A DNA stretch of 64,000 bases from Squalus acanthias (Eukaryota): assembly GCA_030390025.1 (NCBI GenBank), contig CM059446.1:14942001-15006000 (forward strand), given 5' to 3'. Below the pieces are notes generated by a model. It was not told the DNA's origin, searched no databases, and saw only the letters and a program-made list of their open reading frames with translations. Positions 47,203-61,700 of this stretch are shown here, piece after piece. Made by a program: the position numbers and the translations under genes. Every line of letters starts with the position of its first letter. Within the stretch, counting starts at the first letter, position 1.

Positions 47203-49199
47203 TTGATTTTGTAATACCTAGATTCTCCATTTGAACAATTTCAATAGAGTAGACAAACTGAATTGAAGAATAGTGGAAGCTGTCTGGGGAGTTTAAAATC
47301 AGCTGTGATTTAGAACAGCTTTTGCTTCAAACACAATTGGTGAATGTTAGTGCTCAAAATAGATAAAGTAAACCTCCAATCTGCCAAAGTAGCATCCCCT
47401 AACTGCACAATTCAGTGGAATAACCCCAAATTGCTACACCCACTTAAATTGAAAGTATTTCTTTTACACCTTGAAAATATAGGCAAAAAGGGCGTGTAGA
47501 AATAAAACACAAGTTATTCTACTTGATAATGCATTTTACTCATGTTTTTAAGGAAGAGCTACTCCTGAATTAAAACTTTTTATATACAACGATATCATAT
47601 ATGGTGGAGTATCCTCAATTTACTCAGCACTGTAAAGGGTCAGTCGTGTGTAAACGCTTTCACTGCAAGTAGTTTAATGTCTCATCTCATCAGGAACTGG
47701 GTATATTGGAAGTAATACAGTCACATCACAAGAGCACAGTATTAGTTACTTAACCACAAAGGAACAAAATGTTACTGAAATGTGTTCCCAAATCTGAATA
47801 TACCATCAGGAGAAAAAAATAGAACAGGGGATTTTACAGAATGCAGACCTTTCTTGCCTCTACATATTAAATATTTTACTTGAGCTTTCACTGTAATCTT
47901 TGTTCAAGGTTTGCCCTTATTTCCATTTCTGTTTCTTAGTTCTCATTTCCACGGTGCCCTCCAAGCTACATATTTTCCTGAGTATTTCCCCCACTTTTTT
48001 TTTTAAATGGTGAAAGAAACAAAAAGTTGGGTGAACTTTGAAATAATGAGTCATTTTTTTCAAATCTGCAGAGAGGTGAACACAATTCAAAATCATTATA
48101 CCCAATCGTTCAGAATATTAAAAAGCCAAAGTGAGAATTGGGGTAGGGCAACCAGTTTAGGTCAGCAACAAGCTTCAAATCTACCACAGACATTAAAGCC
48201 ATGTTATGGAAGTTAGAAATCAGTCTAACAGAGGCCATTTTCACTGGCACGCTTAGTCTTAGTGCATTCTAGAAGCAGGAACCTTATTTTCACAAATTTT
48301 ATAAATCATGACGCTTTAGCGAGAAATATAGGATATTGTGGTAGTATATAAATTGTATTATTGGACATGATAGCTGCTTAGAATCCTATTCCAAATGGCA
48401 GTCAGTCAATGTAATGTTAGAGAGACTGCAGGTTATTAAAATTGATTTCTACAAAAATCATGGAAATTTAAAAAAAATTAACACACTGTTCAGGCAGCGG
48501 CTATACATCATGTCACGAACATTGCAGTGGATGTTTATAGAATATAGTTCCTTTAAATGAATGCAGCTTCTAAGTAGGGTAGCTCTCATGAGTATGTATG
48601 TTTGCTTTTCAAAAAATGAAACCAAAGCAGTAGGAAAAGCTGCAGGCCGTCATTTTATTGAATAAAATAACAGCCATGAGAATTTCATTTGATGTTTTTA
48701 TAAAATTCACTTTGAAACCTGCACGGAAAGCCTTTAGTCAGATCTCCCTCCTTGCTTGGCCACACTGTACGTTACCCATGGGAAATGCCATTGTGCAGGG
48801 GCCACAACTTCCGACCATGCTAAGAATTGTGGGACACCATGAAACCATGGTACCATTTGTAGTTGTTAAACCAATTGAATAATTCCCTCGGGTTCTATGG
48901 ATCTCTGGCTACTTCAAAGTCATGGCCTATGGGACCACTCTGAGATGCAGGAGGACATTCACCCCTCAGTGGCATTCCCTGAGTGACCTATTAGGGAGGT
49001 GGACCTAATTTGGTGGTCTCCATGCAGCTACAACATAGGTATATATATTTTTTTAAATAAACAAAAAGCCGAACAAAATTCTTATCCGATTATTATTTTA
49101 CTCTATATACACACAATAGAGGAAAATGTGGGGGAAAAGTTATACCTCCGGACTTCCTCCCCTTTAAGTAAATACTCACATAAATAAACAGGTGAAATA

Positions 49200-49418
49200 A
49201 AATGTGAAATAAAAAGGAAGAAACTGCAAATGCTGGACGTATACAGCAAGTCCATCAGCAGCTGATAAAAAAAGATAGCGTGGCATGTGAGGTGTAGATC
49301 CTTCATTAGAATTTCTTCAATTCCAATGAAGAATGTACACCCAAAATGTAAACCCAACTTTTCTCTTTCCAACTGCTGACAGACCTGTTGTGCATTCCCA
49401 GCAATTTCTGTTTTTATT
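49200..49418. mobile_element. Old head-to-head pair of PLE termini with decayed hammerhead cores
   Basis: Left arm (-) ctaatgaaggatctacacct...ctgctga...ccagcattt; right arm (+) ccaatgaagaatgtacaccc...ctgctgac...ccagcaatttctgtttttatt. Confidence 0.5.
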
Positions 49419-49745
49419 AAATATTAAAGTGTAGCAATTTGGTAAACATAGGAAAATGTACTTGAACTGTTATCACAGCAACTGTGGTATAAAAATTGAT
49501 AGTCAGTGACAAAGCCAGTAAGCAGTATAATCTATAGATCCAGTACTTCCTTGCATTGTCCTGACTGAACTGAAACAGTGCAATTAAGGTCTAAGAGACA
49601 CGGGTCTGAGGCACAGCAGGATCCAGTTTCCAGGCTCCAGAAATATGATTTTTCTTTATATAGTGTTCACAGCAGCAAATCCACACTGATTCAAGGTCTT
49701 CTGGTGGTCAGCACGCAAATCAACTGCCACACCAAAATATGAATT

Positions 49746-49793
49746 TCAGAGTCTGTCTGATAACATTTCTTCAAGCCAACTCCAATCAAGAGA
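49746..49793 (-). CDS. CHUK: CHUK last coding exon with NEMO-binding motif
   Basis: SLDWSWLEEMLSDRL*; acceptor tttcag. Confidence 0.95.
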   Translation of the reverse strand, partial: SLDWSWLEEMLSDRL

Positions 49794-52700
49794 CTGAAAA
49801 AAAAACAGTTTAAATGGATGCTGACTACTATGTACTGCAAAGAAAATCAATTTTTCCATCCACTCCATCCATCAAACAAGCAGGCTGTCTTTTCTCTTAC
49901 AGTGTGAACGTCTATACTTGCTAACAGTGATATTGATAAACCATCAGGTTAACTAAGCAATACAAGTCAGAGTTCAAGAGGTTACAAGGTACCAGACTGC
50001 TCCTGTGTGCTGAACAAAACAAATTACAAGCCCAGGTGTTCTTCACTGAACTGTTTACAAAAAGTAACCTCATGAACTTCCATATACTGTACATCACTTA
50101 GATTTAATGAAAATGTTTACATCATAAAGAAGCACTGTGATAGTCATTGAGTTGATTACCACAGAAGCCATTTAATATTGAAATCTATTATATTATTTTA
50201 CAATGTTAAGATATTCAGTAATAGTTAAATTTTATTCTTCCAAAGCTGCTGAACTGCAATGAGTTTTGGTGGTAGGAGATGTTTGTACTACCAGGGTTTG
50301 TAGCAAAATCGCATTGCAGCAGACACAGTTACCTACTGCAGCAATAACTTCCATAATATTGCAGAGGAAACCTTGTTAAGAGATAAATCTGGAGTACCAG
50401 CTATTGTGTGTTGCAAATAGAATCATCATGCCAACCAATGCTCCCGCTAAGCTGCGCGGCCATCTGCAAGATCCCGCACAGGCCGCTCACCAACTTTAAC
50501 ATTGTAGATACCGCGGATGCGCAAAAATTTGAATGGGCCGTGCACTGAGGGAAGCAGAGCGGCTTACGGGGGGCATTAATGCCAACCATGTCATTATGCC
50601 CTCCTGTGTACAAATCAGGTAATGTATCTTGGAAAAAACATCACAATGGTAAAACTGTATTTTAAGGGAATCTCAGCATTCTAAAGAGAGAATAGGTCAG
50701 TATCGTCTAAAGACAAAACACATCAAGTAACTGTAACTGTCACAATTAAAATACTGACTAGTGCTTACCGACATGCTGTTATTCTGTTCTAATAGAGTTT
50801 CTTGCATCAATGTATGCAACTGGCTGCAGAAATTTTGGTTCTCTTCAATTACAGACAGTGAAGATTCACTGGAAGGAAAAAGATAGGATGCATGATGAGC
50901 TCATCGTGTGGATTAATTTGTGCTTGACAATTAGGCTTGGTTTGAACTTAACACGGGTAGTGTACTTAATAGGCATCACATTTTGGAAACACATTTCTTT
51001 TTCTGGAAGGCACACAAACACCATCACATTTGTCAGCTTTGTTTCTTCGCACATATATTTGTGTTAACACAATTTCAAAGCGTTTCTGAAATAATTATCA
51101 GCATCTAAAGCAAAAAGCAAGTTCCGAATAACTAAGTGTAGTATACATTAAAATGTCATTATATTGCCAGACTTCAAAACCACACTACATTTGCACCATT
51201 TCCTCCATACATTTTAACTGATTCTTCAATATATATTAATCAAATGTAACTCAGTTACAATTCTCACTGAAAATCTTCATTGTAAATATTTAAATACCTA
51301 CAAAATAAAAACAGGCAATATCCTGGCAGTTCCTACCTGTTTTTCATAGAGGACAAAGGGTTAGGCAAAGCGTTTTGTGGCATAAAAGTCTGCCCCTGCT
51401 GTACCCATCCTAAACCATGGGGTGAACCAGAAGACTCTGGACTTGCACTTTCAGGGCCTCGAGCTGTGCTCTGAAAGGAATGAAATACCAAAAGGGCTGT
51501 TAAAACTCAACTCACTTCATTAAAGAGATATTTTTCATTTCAAATAAAAAAAAGAGGGCAGTGTTAACACTCATTGCCATAGAATAGGCATGGATGCAGG
51601 TTCAAGCTGTTCCCTGTTTAATTCCCAAGCACAAATTGCAGCATACCCCAGCAGGAAGAGTTCATTTGAAGTACTGCACCATGGAGTGCCGGTTTGCCCC
51701 AAAATTCTCCTACACAATAAATTCCTGATCTCAGCTGGGCCAGGATGATGAAGTACCAAGGAGGTAGGAAATATTAGAGTCAAATCCAGCCTAGCCACTC
51801 TCTCATATTCCACAGGCTGATGACAAAGCGGCTCAAAAGGAGCTCTGGCAGCATGTCGCTCATCAGTTCTCTTGACAGAGGATGATGTGTGGTGATGCAA
51901 GAGCATTGGAAAAGAAAGAAATATAAATGGTGAAAAGAGAGAAAGTCCTCTTGTTTAAAAAGGTGATTAATTAATCAACTGCACTGCAATTATTAGTAAA
52001 ATTACAAAATGGGGTTGGGAGAGGGAGAACAACATAGCCATTAGAAGATTGTGCAGTGTTATCGTACATTACATATAAATGAAGGGTCTTTGCGGTTGTG
52101 CCTTTGGAAAAAAAAAGATTTCCTCCTTTATCTTCCCAATAGGTGCCACAACACATTCAAAGCAGAGGATGAGGTTGTCTGGGCCTCAGACTCTGCTAAC
52201 AACTCAGAGTAATAGCACAGGATATAGCCTTGAGACTACACAATCAAAAAAAAAGCTTTTAAAGAACAGATTCATGCTTTTGCTATATAGCACACAGAGT
52301 AAATCATCCACTATTACTTTGATGTAGAATATTGATCATCAGTAGCAGCAATTTTTATGGTTTGTAAATTTTTCATTAGAGGTGTCACATGGTTGCAAAA
52401 GGGATGTGCAAATGAACTCTAACTATACTGCCATACATGAAATACTAGGTGTTTCGCAAGACAAATTGCTTCCTACAAAAAGCAATTTTGACAGGACTTG
52501 GAGTCAAGATCATGGCACTGGAACTCAGCAAACATCACCAAATGCAATAAGGGGGTAAAATAAGTATGAGGCACATCCCAGCATGAGGTACAGAAAGTTA
52601 GGAAGTGAATCGCCCATCTCCAAAAGCTTTACTGGCAGATGCAAGGTGTTAAGTCACCCGCTCACTCCTCAGGCAGAGAAGTTGGCACAAGGTAACTTGA

Positions 52701-55700
52701 GGGAGAAAAATCAAAAAGTTAATGTGGCAGTGAATACACAGCACTGGTAATATAAAGAGGAAGGCAGCAATAAAAAGATGAATATTCATTATCTTTAGAG
52801 ATTTACTACCTGGTGATAGTATGCAGTAAATAAAATGGAAGCATATCCATTCCATCTAAATTTAGGGTAATTGGGATGACAATAGCGATGGCACTATAAT
52901 AAGATTGACTGCACTGGTATGAGATTTTTACTCAACTTCATAATGCTACTAGATTTGGGAAAAAAGTACTTACACAAGCAATTTTTAACAAATACCATAT
53001 TTCTTTCTGTCTCTTCTCTTGTGATCGCAACAACATTTTTTCATTTTCTCTAATGTTGTCAAGCGCTTGTTCAATCTTCGGAAAAAGATCGATGATCTTC
53101 TGTTTACAGGCCAACAGTTTACTGTAAGTCACAAAGAAAGACAACAGTTAGAGAAAGACCTATCAAGACAGTTTAGTGTTAATGTATATTATCGCTTACA
53201 AAGGAGACATCGATTAACATCAAAACACATGCAGCAAGAAAAGAAGCCAACACTTTTGGTTTGACACAACAGTGCAAAAGCTTTGTATGCCAGAGTTAAT
53301 GATATTCATTTCAGGAGTTGGAACGAACGGAGAGTTTATTTCAGTACTTGTAACAAAGTTATTTTCATCTTACCAGTAAAAGCAGTGCGCAGTACAAGAT
53401 AGGCACACTTGCTACTGGCCTTCCCTCATTTTCCCTTTTGAAGATAAATAGCAGGAAAAATTTGTTCATGGGATGTGGGCATTGCTGACAAGGCCAGCAT
53501 TTATTGCCCATCCCTAACTGCCCTTGAGAAGGTGGTGGTGAGCCACCTTCTTGAACCGCTGCAGTCCATGTGGTGAAGGTACTCCCACAGTGCTGTTAGG
53601 GAGGGAGTTGCAGGATTTTGACCCAGCGACTATGAAGGAACGGCGATATATTTCCAAGTCAGGATGGTGTGTGACTTGGAGAGGAACTTGGCGGTGGTGG
53701 AGTTCCCATGCGCCTGTTGCCCTTGTCCCTCTAGGTGGTAGAGGTCGCAGGTTTGGGAGGTGCTGTCGAAGAAGCCTTGGCGAGATGCTGCAGTGCATCT
53801 CGTCGATGGTACACACTGCAGTCACGGTGCGCTGGTGGTGGATGGGGTACCAATTAAGCGGGCTGCTTTGTCCTGGATGGTGTCAAGCTTCTTGCCTGCA
53901 CTCATCCAGGCAAGTGCAGAGCATTCCATCACACTCCTGACTAGAGCAGGAGAGAGGCTGGGTATGTAAAACATATACATCAGGGACTCACTGGATCTAA
54001 TTTTTATCCAGCTTTGTCACTCATACATTTTTGAGGTGCACAGATAATGAATGCATCAATCGATATGAAGCAGAAATAAACAAAAGCACTTTCAAAATGT
54101 TAGGAAATCCGAACATGAAACTGAATTAAATGGAAAATTTACTGTGGACAAGGATAATGCAGCACACAATACTTATGATGTCACAGAAGGCGTAATCTAA
54201 ATCAGCAAAGGACGTGTCTGCTGACAACGAAGTAAGGTAGTTGCGCATGCGCGCTTCCATTGGTTTTTTGGTTGTTCTCATCGGACTTCCTACAGATTGG
54301 TGAGAAAGGAGGGGAGGGTGTGGGGGAAAAAGAGATCGCTGTTGCTGAACTGAGCCGAGAGAAAAAGTTAACATTTATGCGTCGGGGAAAAATGATCTGC
54401 TGCCGAACTGAAGAAAATAAAAATTAAAAGTTGAATTGGTTTTGAACATTTATGCGCAGAATTCTTCTGTGCAGCTTCTGGTTCGTTGGCAGCAATCACT
54501 CCGATCAGCAAAACAAATCATAGGTTCTATGATGGTTTCTATAACTGAGTGCGTGGCAACTGTTGGTTGGTCTCGATCTTCTGTGCATTTGTCATAGTGT
54601 GGTTGCCAAGGGAATGCTCGTTATGTAGCACAAAATACTCTGCAGCACGTGGCTGAAGGGAACACAGTTTTTAGTGTTTAAAAAGCAAGCAAACTTTGCT
54701 ATCTCCATAAACTGAATGAAAACAGTCATACAAAACTATTTTATGCAGTGGATGATGCAGCCCATAACATAAATGACAATTTTGAAAGACTGCACAATAT
54801 GGATGATCATGTATTTTATTAAACAAAAAATTGTATTTAAAACTCTATTTTTAGTAACCAGTTAAAAATTACATGGCCAGTATAGTTGATCTGCCAAACT
54901 GTATTAATAATGTACAGCTTTGACCAGAAAGTCAACTGGACCTGCCACATAAACGCCATGGCTACGAGAGCAGGTCAGAGGCTGGGTGTTTTCTGGCGAG
55001 TGTCTCACCTCTTGTCTCCCCAAAGCCTATCCACCACCTGCAAGGCATAAGTCAGGAGTGTGATGGAATACTCTCCACTTGCCCGAATGGGTGCAACGCC
55101 AATAACACTCAAGAAGCTCGACATCATGCAGGACAAAGCAGTCCGCTTAATCAGCACTTCATCCACTAGCCTAAACATCCACCCTCTCTACCACTGGCAC
55201 ACCGTAGCTGCAGCATGTACAAGGATACACTGCAGCAACTCGCTATGGCTTCTTCGACAGCAAACCCGCGATCTCCACTACCTAGAAGGACAAGGACAGC
55301 TGGTACATAGGAACACCATCACCTCCAAGTCACACACCATCCTGACTTGGACATATTCTTTCATTGTCGCTGGGTCAAAGTCCTGGAATTCCCTACCAAA
55401 CAGCACTGTGGGAGTACCTTCACCACATGGACTGCAGCGGTTCAAGGCGGCGGCTCATCACCACCTTCTGAAGGGCAATTAGGGATGAGAAATAAACGTG
55501 GGCCTGGCTAGCGATGCCTACATCCTACGAATGAATTTAAAAAATCATGGCGTTAAATTAAGTGACCAACTAATAAGAAGCTGCACTAATTAATAGTTGA
55601 TGAGTCAACTATTTAGATTTATATGGAAGCACCAAAGGTGAATCAGTTAGCAATGAACTGTGATCAATTGGACACGAGACTCAGCCCAGCCTTCTCAAAT

Positions 55701-58700
55701 GGTGCGCGTTTGTAGATCCCTCAGCACAATTATTACAAAAAAGTCATTCAGATTTACACATTCTTCTTTTTGAAACAGAAATGTAAATCATAGCCCTTAT
55801 CTTTGTATTAAAAGCATATTAGAAACATTAAAATCACAGCACTCTAGTTTTTTCAAAACTATACAATCTCTTGTAAAATTGAACAAATATACAAGCACTG
55901 TTGGGAGGAGTAAGAAAACTGGTAATGAGTTCAAAACACTTAAATCAAATTGGTGTGACAGCTGATGCAGATACAAGAAAAGTTTCAATATAATAAATGC
56001 TGGATGACAAGATGATTAAGCAGGGAGGTACACCTGAGCATTTTAATTACTACTGTGTCCTTGTTCAACACAAAGCATACTGAAATATTTGTTGTAACAT
56101 ATAAGAATTTTCAAAGCTATTCTTGGAATGCAGTGGTGCGTGGGACCATTAAGAACTCACAAGTGGCACACACTTTTGATCTGCTATGGTTGTTTTAGAA
56201 ATGCGGGCTTTTTACTAGAAATGAATGCCCAATTTCTTGGCCATTCCCTTGGTTTATTTTCAACAATCCCTTAATGGTAATAAGCAACCAACCATTATTC
56301 ATGTGCAAGACTTGACATTGAATGCGGACACTGATCAGGCGGGCGGGCGGGCGGGAGGGGGGGGGGGGGAAGAGAAACAGGTATCACAGCCAAGCCTGAC
56401 CTTATTCTAACCCAACATCGATACATGCGGACACTCTGCAGGGGTCAACAGTCAGGAATCAGAGCAAGAACTATGGCTGATTTTTCTGCTCCCTAACCCA
56501 ATGGCAATGAGCTCAAACGGATCCTCCTGAACACTGGTCCAACTGAACTAGACAAGAGATTGAGCCACAAAGAATATCAAATGCCATTATAACGTCACCT
56601 GTGTTTTCTGTTGCTTTTTATCACAATTATACTTCCATTGACAATCTTACTTCTGGTTCCCTTCCCAAAACATTGTATGTTACTTCACTCTTAGCTTTAT
56701 TGTACACTGTATCACCTAAATTTTAACAAATCTTTCAACTATTTATAAATCCCCCCCAAAAAACTTAAGAATTCATACCTGAGATGGGCATATAGCTCCT
56801 TCAGCACTCGATCCTGATTCTGAACTGTTTGCACAATGATCTTTACCATCTCTGTACTGTCTCCATATTGATGTGAATCTTAAAACAACATAATTTATTA
56901 CTGTTTCACTTGGAAAAAGTATTTTCTTGGAATGCATTGAAGAACTTACAATGATAAACAGAAGTGAGCTGCCCTATCAATTATTTTGTGAAATAATCCT
57001 ATTTCTAGCACTTGTCCATGGAGCCTGCACTGAAATATTTCAAAAGGCCAGATGCACTGCAGCACATCTACTCAATAATATTGATGGCAGTGGGATTGGT
57101 GTCATCTGTTAACAGACAAATCATGGGCTTCCCATCCTCCAGACTCTGAAGATTATTTGCTTTGTGGAGATTAAAACAAAAATAACAGGGTTGGGGGCAA
57201 TTTAACAGGCCAAAGATACACCAATCCCACTGCCACCAGTGTTATTGAGTGGATACACCAAGCCTTTTAAATGAATAGATGGAGATCAAAGTGGCGCAAT
57301 GCCAAGGATTAAGATGATACTGGGGCTCCAGGGGCATCCAAGCCAGGATATTCCAGTAACGACTCGGCGCTGCAGTGTATGTTTCTGCTCAGCACCTCCA
57401 GAGTGGCATCAAGCCAAGCTAAGCACTGATTTCTAAGGTAGTGAATGGATTTGATGTGGGCTGCGCCTGTAAACCAAATAATTAATGATGCGCTGAAGGC
57501 GAACAAATACTCATAATTAGTCATTAAATTGAAAGTGATCAAATAAAGTATTTGTTTGGACAACAAATGCAGTTGGATTCCTAATACTCCCTTCTAGGCT
57601 TTTCTATTCACTTAATATACTGCAACTGATACTGCAACTTGAAATATTAAGAATCAGTTGGAGTACATTGATGAAGCAGCCAAACCCAACAACATACTGT
57701 CATTTTGCCACGCCCACCTTACATACCTCTATCTATTTATATGCATGGATTTCTCAGCAGTGGCTTACTGAGGGAAGTGGCAATACTTTGGAATATTTGC
57801 AACCTTACTCCTCCTCCCACTCCAAAGGTGCGTGTCTCACTCATTTTCTTTCTCTGTATCATGGCTTTAATCATTTTTTCCAAAGGATTACAACTTAGTA
57901 CTACATGAAGAAGCTGGAAGCTATGGAAATACAGTGCCAAATCTTGGATTTTATCTGGGGTGTGCCTTTCAGTACCAACATCCAGGGCAGCTGTGACACA
58001 CTGAAACCAATTTCTCTAAAAAGGAGTTAGGCTTCGTTGTTGACTAAAACCCATTCCATTTCATGTCTTCATCAATGATGTGGTGGATGGTATTGTAAGG
58101 GATGGACTTGGGAGTGTCTGTTCCAGGTCTGAAATTATGGTGAGATCCTTTTTTGCAAATGATTTTGTGTTATTGGAAGATTTGCCTAGTGTATTATACC
58201 CATCGTCTTGAACGATGTGATATGGTGTTGGGTGGCTCAAGTGTAGTATCTTGGCTTTGCATTTCCCATAAGAGGATCTGAAGTATTGATTGCAAGATAT
58301 AAGGGTCATCTATTCCAATTGTTGATTTATATCAGTTCCTGGGGTTCTGGTAAATGCTAACTTCCGCCAGGACACAGTCCTTCAGGATCGCACAGACGAG
58401 GGGCAATTTGGTGTTTGTAGCTTTTCTTCAATGACAGGGAAGTTCCAATGCAAGTTAAGCTTATGGCATATAAGATAGGAGCCCAAACAGCCTCCTTTGT
58501 GGTTCAGAACTCCTAGTCATGAAAGGGAATGGCTTCCTCCAGTCCTTGTGAGAGATCTAGGGCCAATCTTTGAGGTGGATTCGTGGCAAAAAAGGGAAGT
58601 GACTCCAGGGAGCGCTCTGGCCTACACCAACAAATCACTGAGTACCCATGACTCACATGCTTCTTTGCCAAAGCCACTCATATGAGGTCCTTGATTAAGC

Positions 58701-61700
58701 AGTTGGTGATTAGCAAGTCAGTACGTGGAAATGATATCTAGAAACTCAAGGTGCCTGACATGACACAGGATGCCCTGTGCAGGTCTTTCTACCATCCTTA
58801 CGACAGATATCGATTATGAAGCTGAGACTTGGCATGACAGCTGCTGGAAAGCATTACCTGAACACTGGTTATGAGAACATGTAGTCATATTTTTAGGGCT
58901 CAATGCCTACCATGACTGGGTTGCAAAGAGGCAAGAAGTTGCAGGTGAAACTGCCGACCGCCAATTGGTACAACCATTACTTAATATGGGATAGTGTGTG
59001 CTCATACTTTGGTCAGGAAGATGACAATCGTGCACTCATACATTTTATGATGAGTTATGCTGCTCATTCTCACCATTTATGCTATCTTAACATGGCTCCT
59101 CAACCTTCCACACTCTTCTCTCTCTGCAACATAGTTTCCAAATGTTAATTCTGGCCCTCACAAAAGATCCACTGAGTTCAGACAAACTGGAGCACTACAT
59201 ATAAAAAATGGCTGCTCTTCATTTTTCTACAAAGGACCCTACACCAGTTTAAAGTCAATGAGATTTTGTTGTTTATGAGTTGTCAAGGATAAAATCTAAT
59301 TAAAAATGAGAAGTTTATTTTATATGCTGTTCTATGTTCACAAAGATACAAGCTAAAATATTATCTGCAGAGTTAAAAATGTGCACAATACCTTTTGATT
59401 TCCCCTTGAGCTTCCTGTATAAATCGATGGCTTTCTGTTCTCTAGAAAGGAAAATTATGATTAGCAAGATGATTTATTACACCAACATACTTGTAAATCA
59501 ATCTAATGAATTGTTATGTCTGTTGAAGGACCAAAACTTGCCATAAATAATTCCTTTCATAAATTAATCTAAACATGTGGATGATTGCTCTGTTCTGCTG
59601 AAAGCATACTTATAGATTTTTCTGGATTTTATTCAATCTAAGCACAGTGTTAAAGCATTTGTCCCCGTGAAAGCTCAGAACTAAATTACTGCTTTCTGTT
59701 CAACTGCACAATACATTTTCCTTCAAGTTTAGAAATATATTTACGGTCCTGCTTACTCAACAGCAAAGTACTTCCCATATCTGCGTTCTCAGATTCAAGT
59801 CCTGCACCTATTAACACAACTGGACAATGACAGATTCACGTGTCCTAAACCAGAATTGGGATTTTTTTTCCCGACTCAAAAACAGACGGTGCCTCATGAT
59901 TCCATGTTATCCAATGCAATTACACCTTTTGACAATGACTGAGAAGTAACTTAATGTCAAAAGGGTCACAGGGAGCGCACCATTGCCATAACACGAGGTG
60001 ATTGAAGTCAGATATGAACAGTAGTTTATGATCTATTGAACACCAGTTTTCCACTGATGTTGAATACGAAAATGACTGTTTTTTCTTGGAATCCGTGTTT
60101 GCCCCATCAAGGGAGTGGGAGCAGAAAGATAAGAGTACTCGAAAAGGAAACACATCTTCCAATTGTATCTCATATACATAAAACTGTATTTAAAATATTT
60201 TTTATTAGGATAAATCATGATTTGTCGTTGTTGGTGCATCAAAATTGGTCTCGGCACCCTTAGTTCTACAAAGCAAATTTCCCACTCTGATCTCGATCAA
60301 GCTACTTCTATGGCTGAGGAGAAAATTGAGCTCAACTATGATTTCTCCTGTGGCTGACACTCACTGTCTTGGCTCATGCATGAAGGAAGTGCAAGGTGCT
60401 CAGCACTCATGACCCAGAAAGGATGGAAGGGGGAAAAAAAAAACGGTGGATTAAAAGGGCTGGGATAAAAAAATAAAAGCATAACTTATCCACACAGGTG
60501 GGGTAGTGGAGGCAAAATTCCTGGACTCATTTAAGAAATATTTGGATGCTATAATAGGGAGACTGTAGGCTTTTTCTGGATGGGTGAGTTAAAATGGGCT
60601 GAATGGGTTTTTAAAATCTGTATCTACCTTCACCTCTGCAACTAATTTGCTTTGACAAGGGTGCCCATTAAAGCATGTATGCATATTTCCATTGTGGCAG
60701 TGGAAAGAAACATATTTTCGACTCTCTGCACAATACCCTTTTATTGTGTATCCTATCACGACTGTCGCTCTTGAATGGAGAAGAGCAATATGATTTATAA
60801 TGCAAAAGATTAAACAGAAATGGACAGAACCGAGTTTGTATTGAGGCTTAACAGCCATCAGGAAGTCAGCACTTCTGCCAGTTAACCCTGGTCTAGTTCT
60901 TTGAATTAAGACTCTCTGGAGATTGAAGATGGTACTTTTGACCACTGTGTTAATTCAGCATGCTGCTTGATCCCACTGATTTCCAATTTCCCTTTTCTTT
61001 CAGGAAGATACCAGTTGCCACTTTAGAAGATTGTGCAGAAATCTATCATACTAGGTATAATTATTTTTTCTTACAGGTTTTCCATGACATCTCCCTGACG
61101 TCTTGCATATGGGCTCCTCTGCAGTTCCACTATTTCACTGTGCAGACCCACGATTTGTTCTTCCAAATGGCCAATTTCAGCAGCCTTAAATGCCAAAAAA
61201 AGTGTTTCTGTAAATTAAGTGAGCTGTTGGTTTCATTATTGCTACTATCCTTGAACTGACTGATCATTCAGTTAAAAATAAAAAGGCTGTTACGTATAAA
61301 ATAATTAGGTTATTCAGTTGCATAGATATACAAACAGAATAGCTGGTGGACAGGAATAGGGCTGCACCTTTCCCTCCACGCCATTACAGAAGTAGGCAAA
61401 TACACACTGCCTTGTGCAATTTCCCCAAGAAGGATGGTGCTCAAGCAACGTATTGCCACATTTAACTGAACATAAAGCAATTGAGTCACATCGAGTCCCA
61501 GAGCTGCCATCTCTATTCGTCTTGCAGCAATTTTTAACTGGTTAGATTTCTGCACTGTTGATGTGTAGCAATCTCCAACTTTGATCTCCTTACATGAACA
61601 TTTCTGTACCAAAAAAAGTTACACTGCCAGCTAGAATGAATGGGTCAAAATAATTCTAGAACCAATAACCAAACTGTACTTCACTTTTACTGCTTTGGCT

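Noticed and set aside
58030-58900. Coding-like composition here and at 25700-26130, 27000-27780 and 41500-42250
   Set aside because: No sustained frame or clear motif; probably old LINE debris that I cannot classify without a search.
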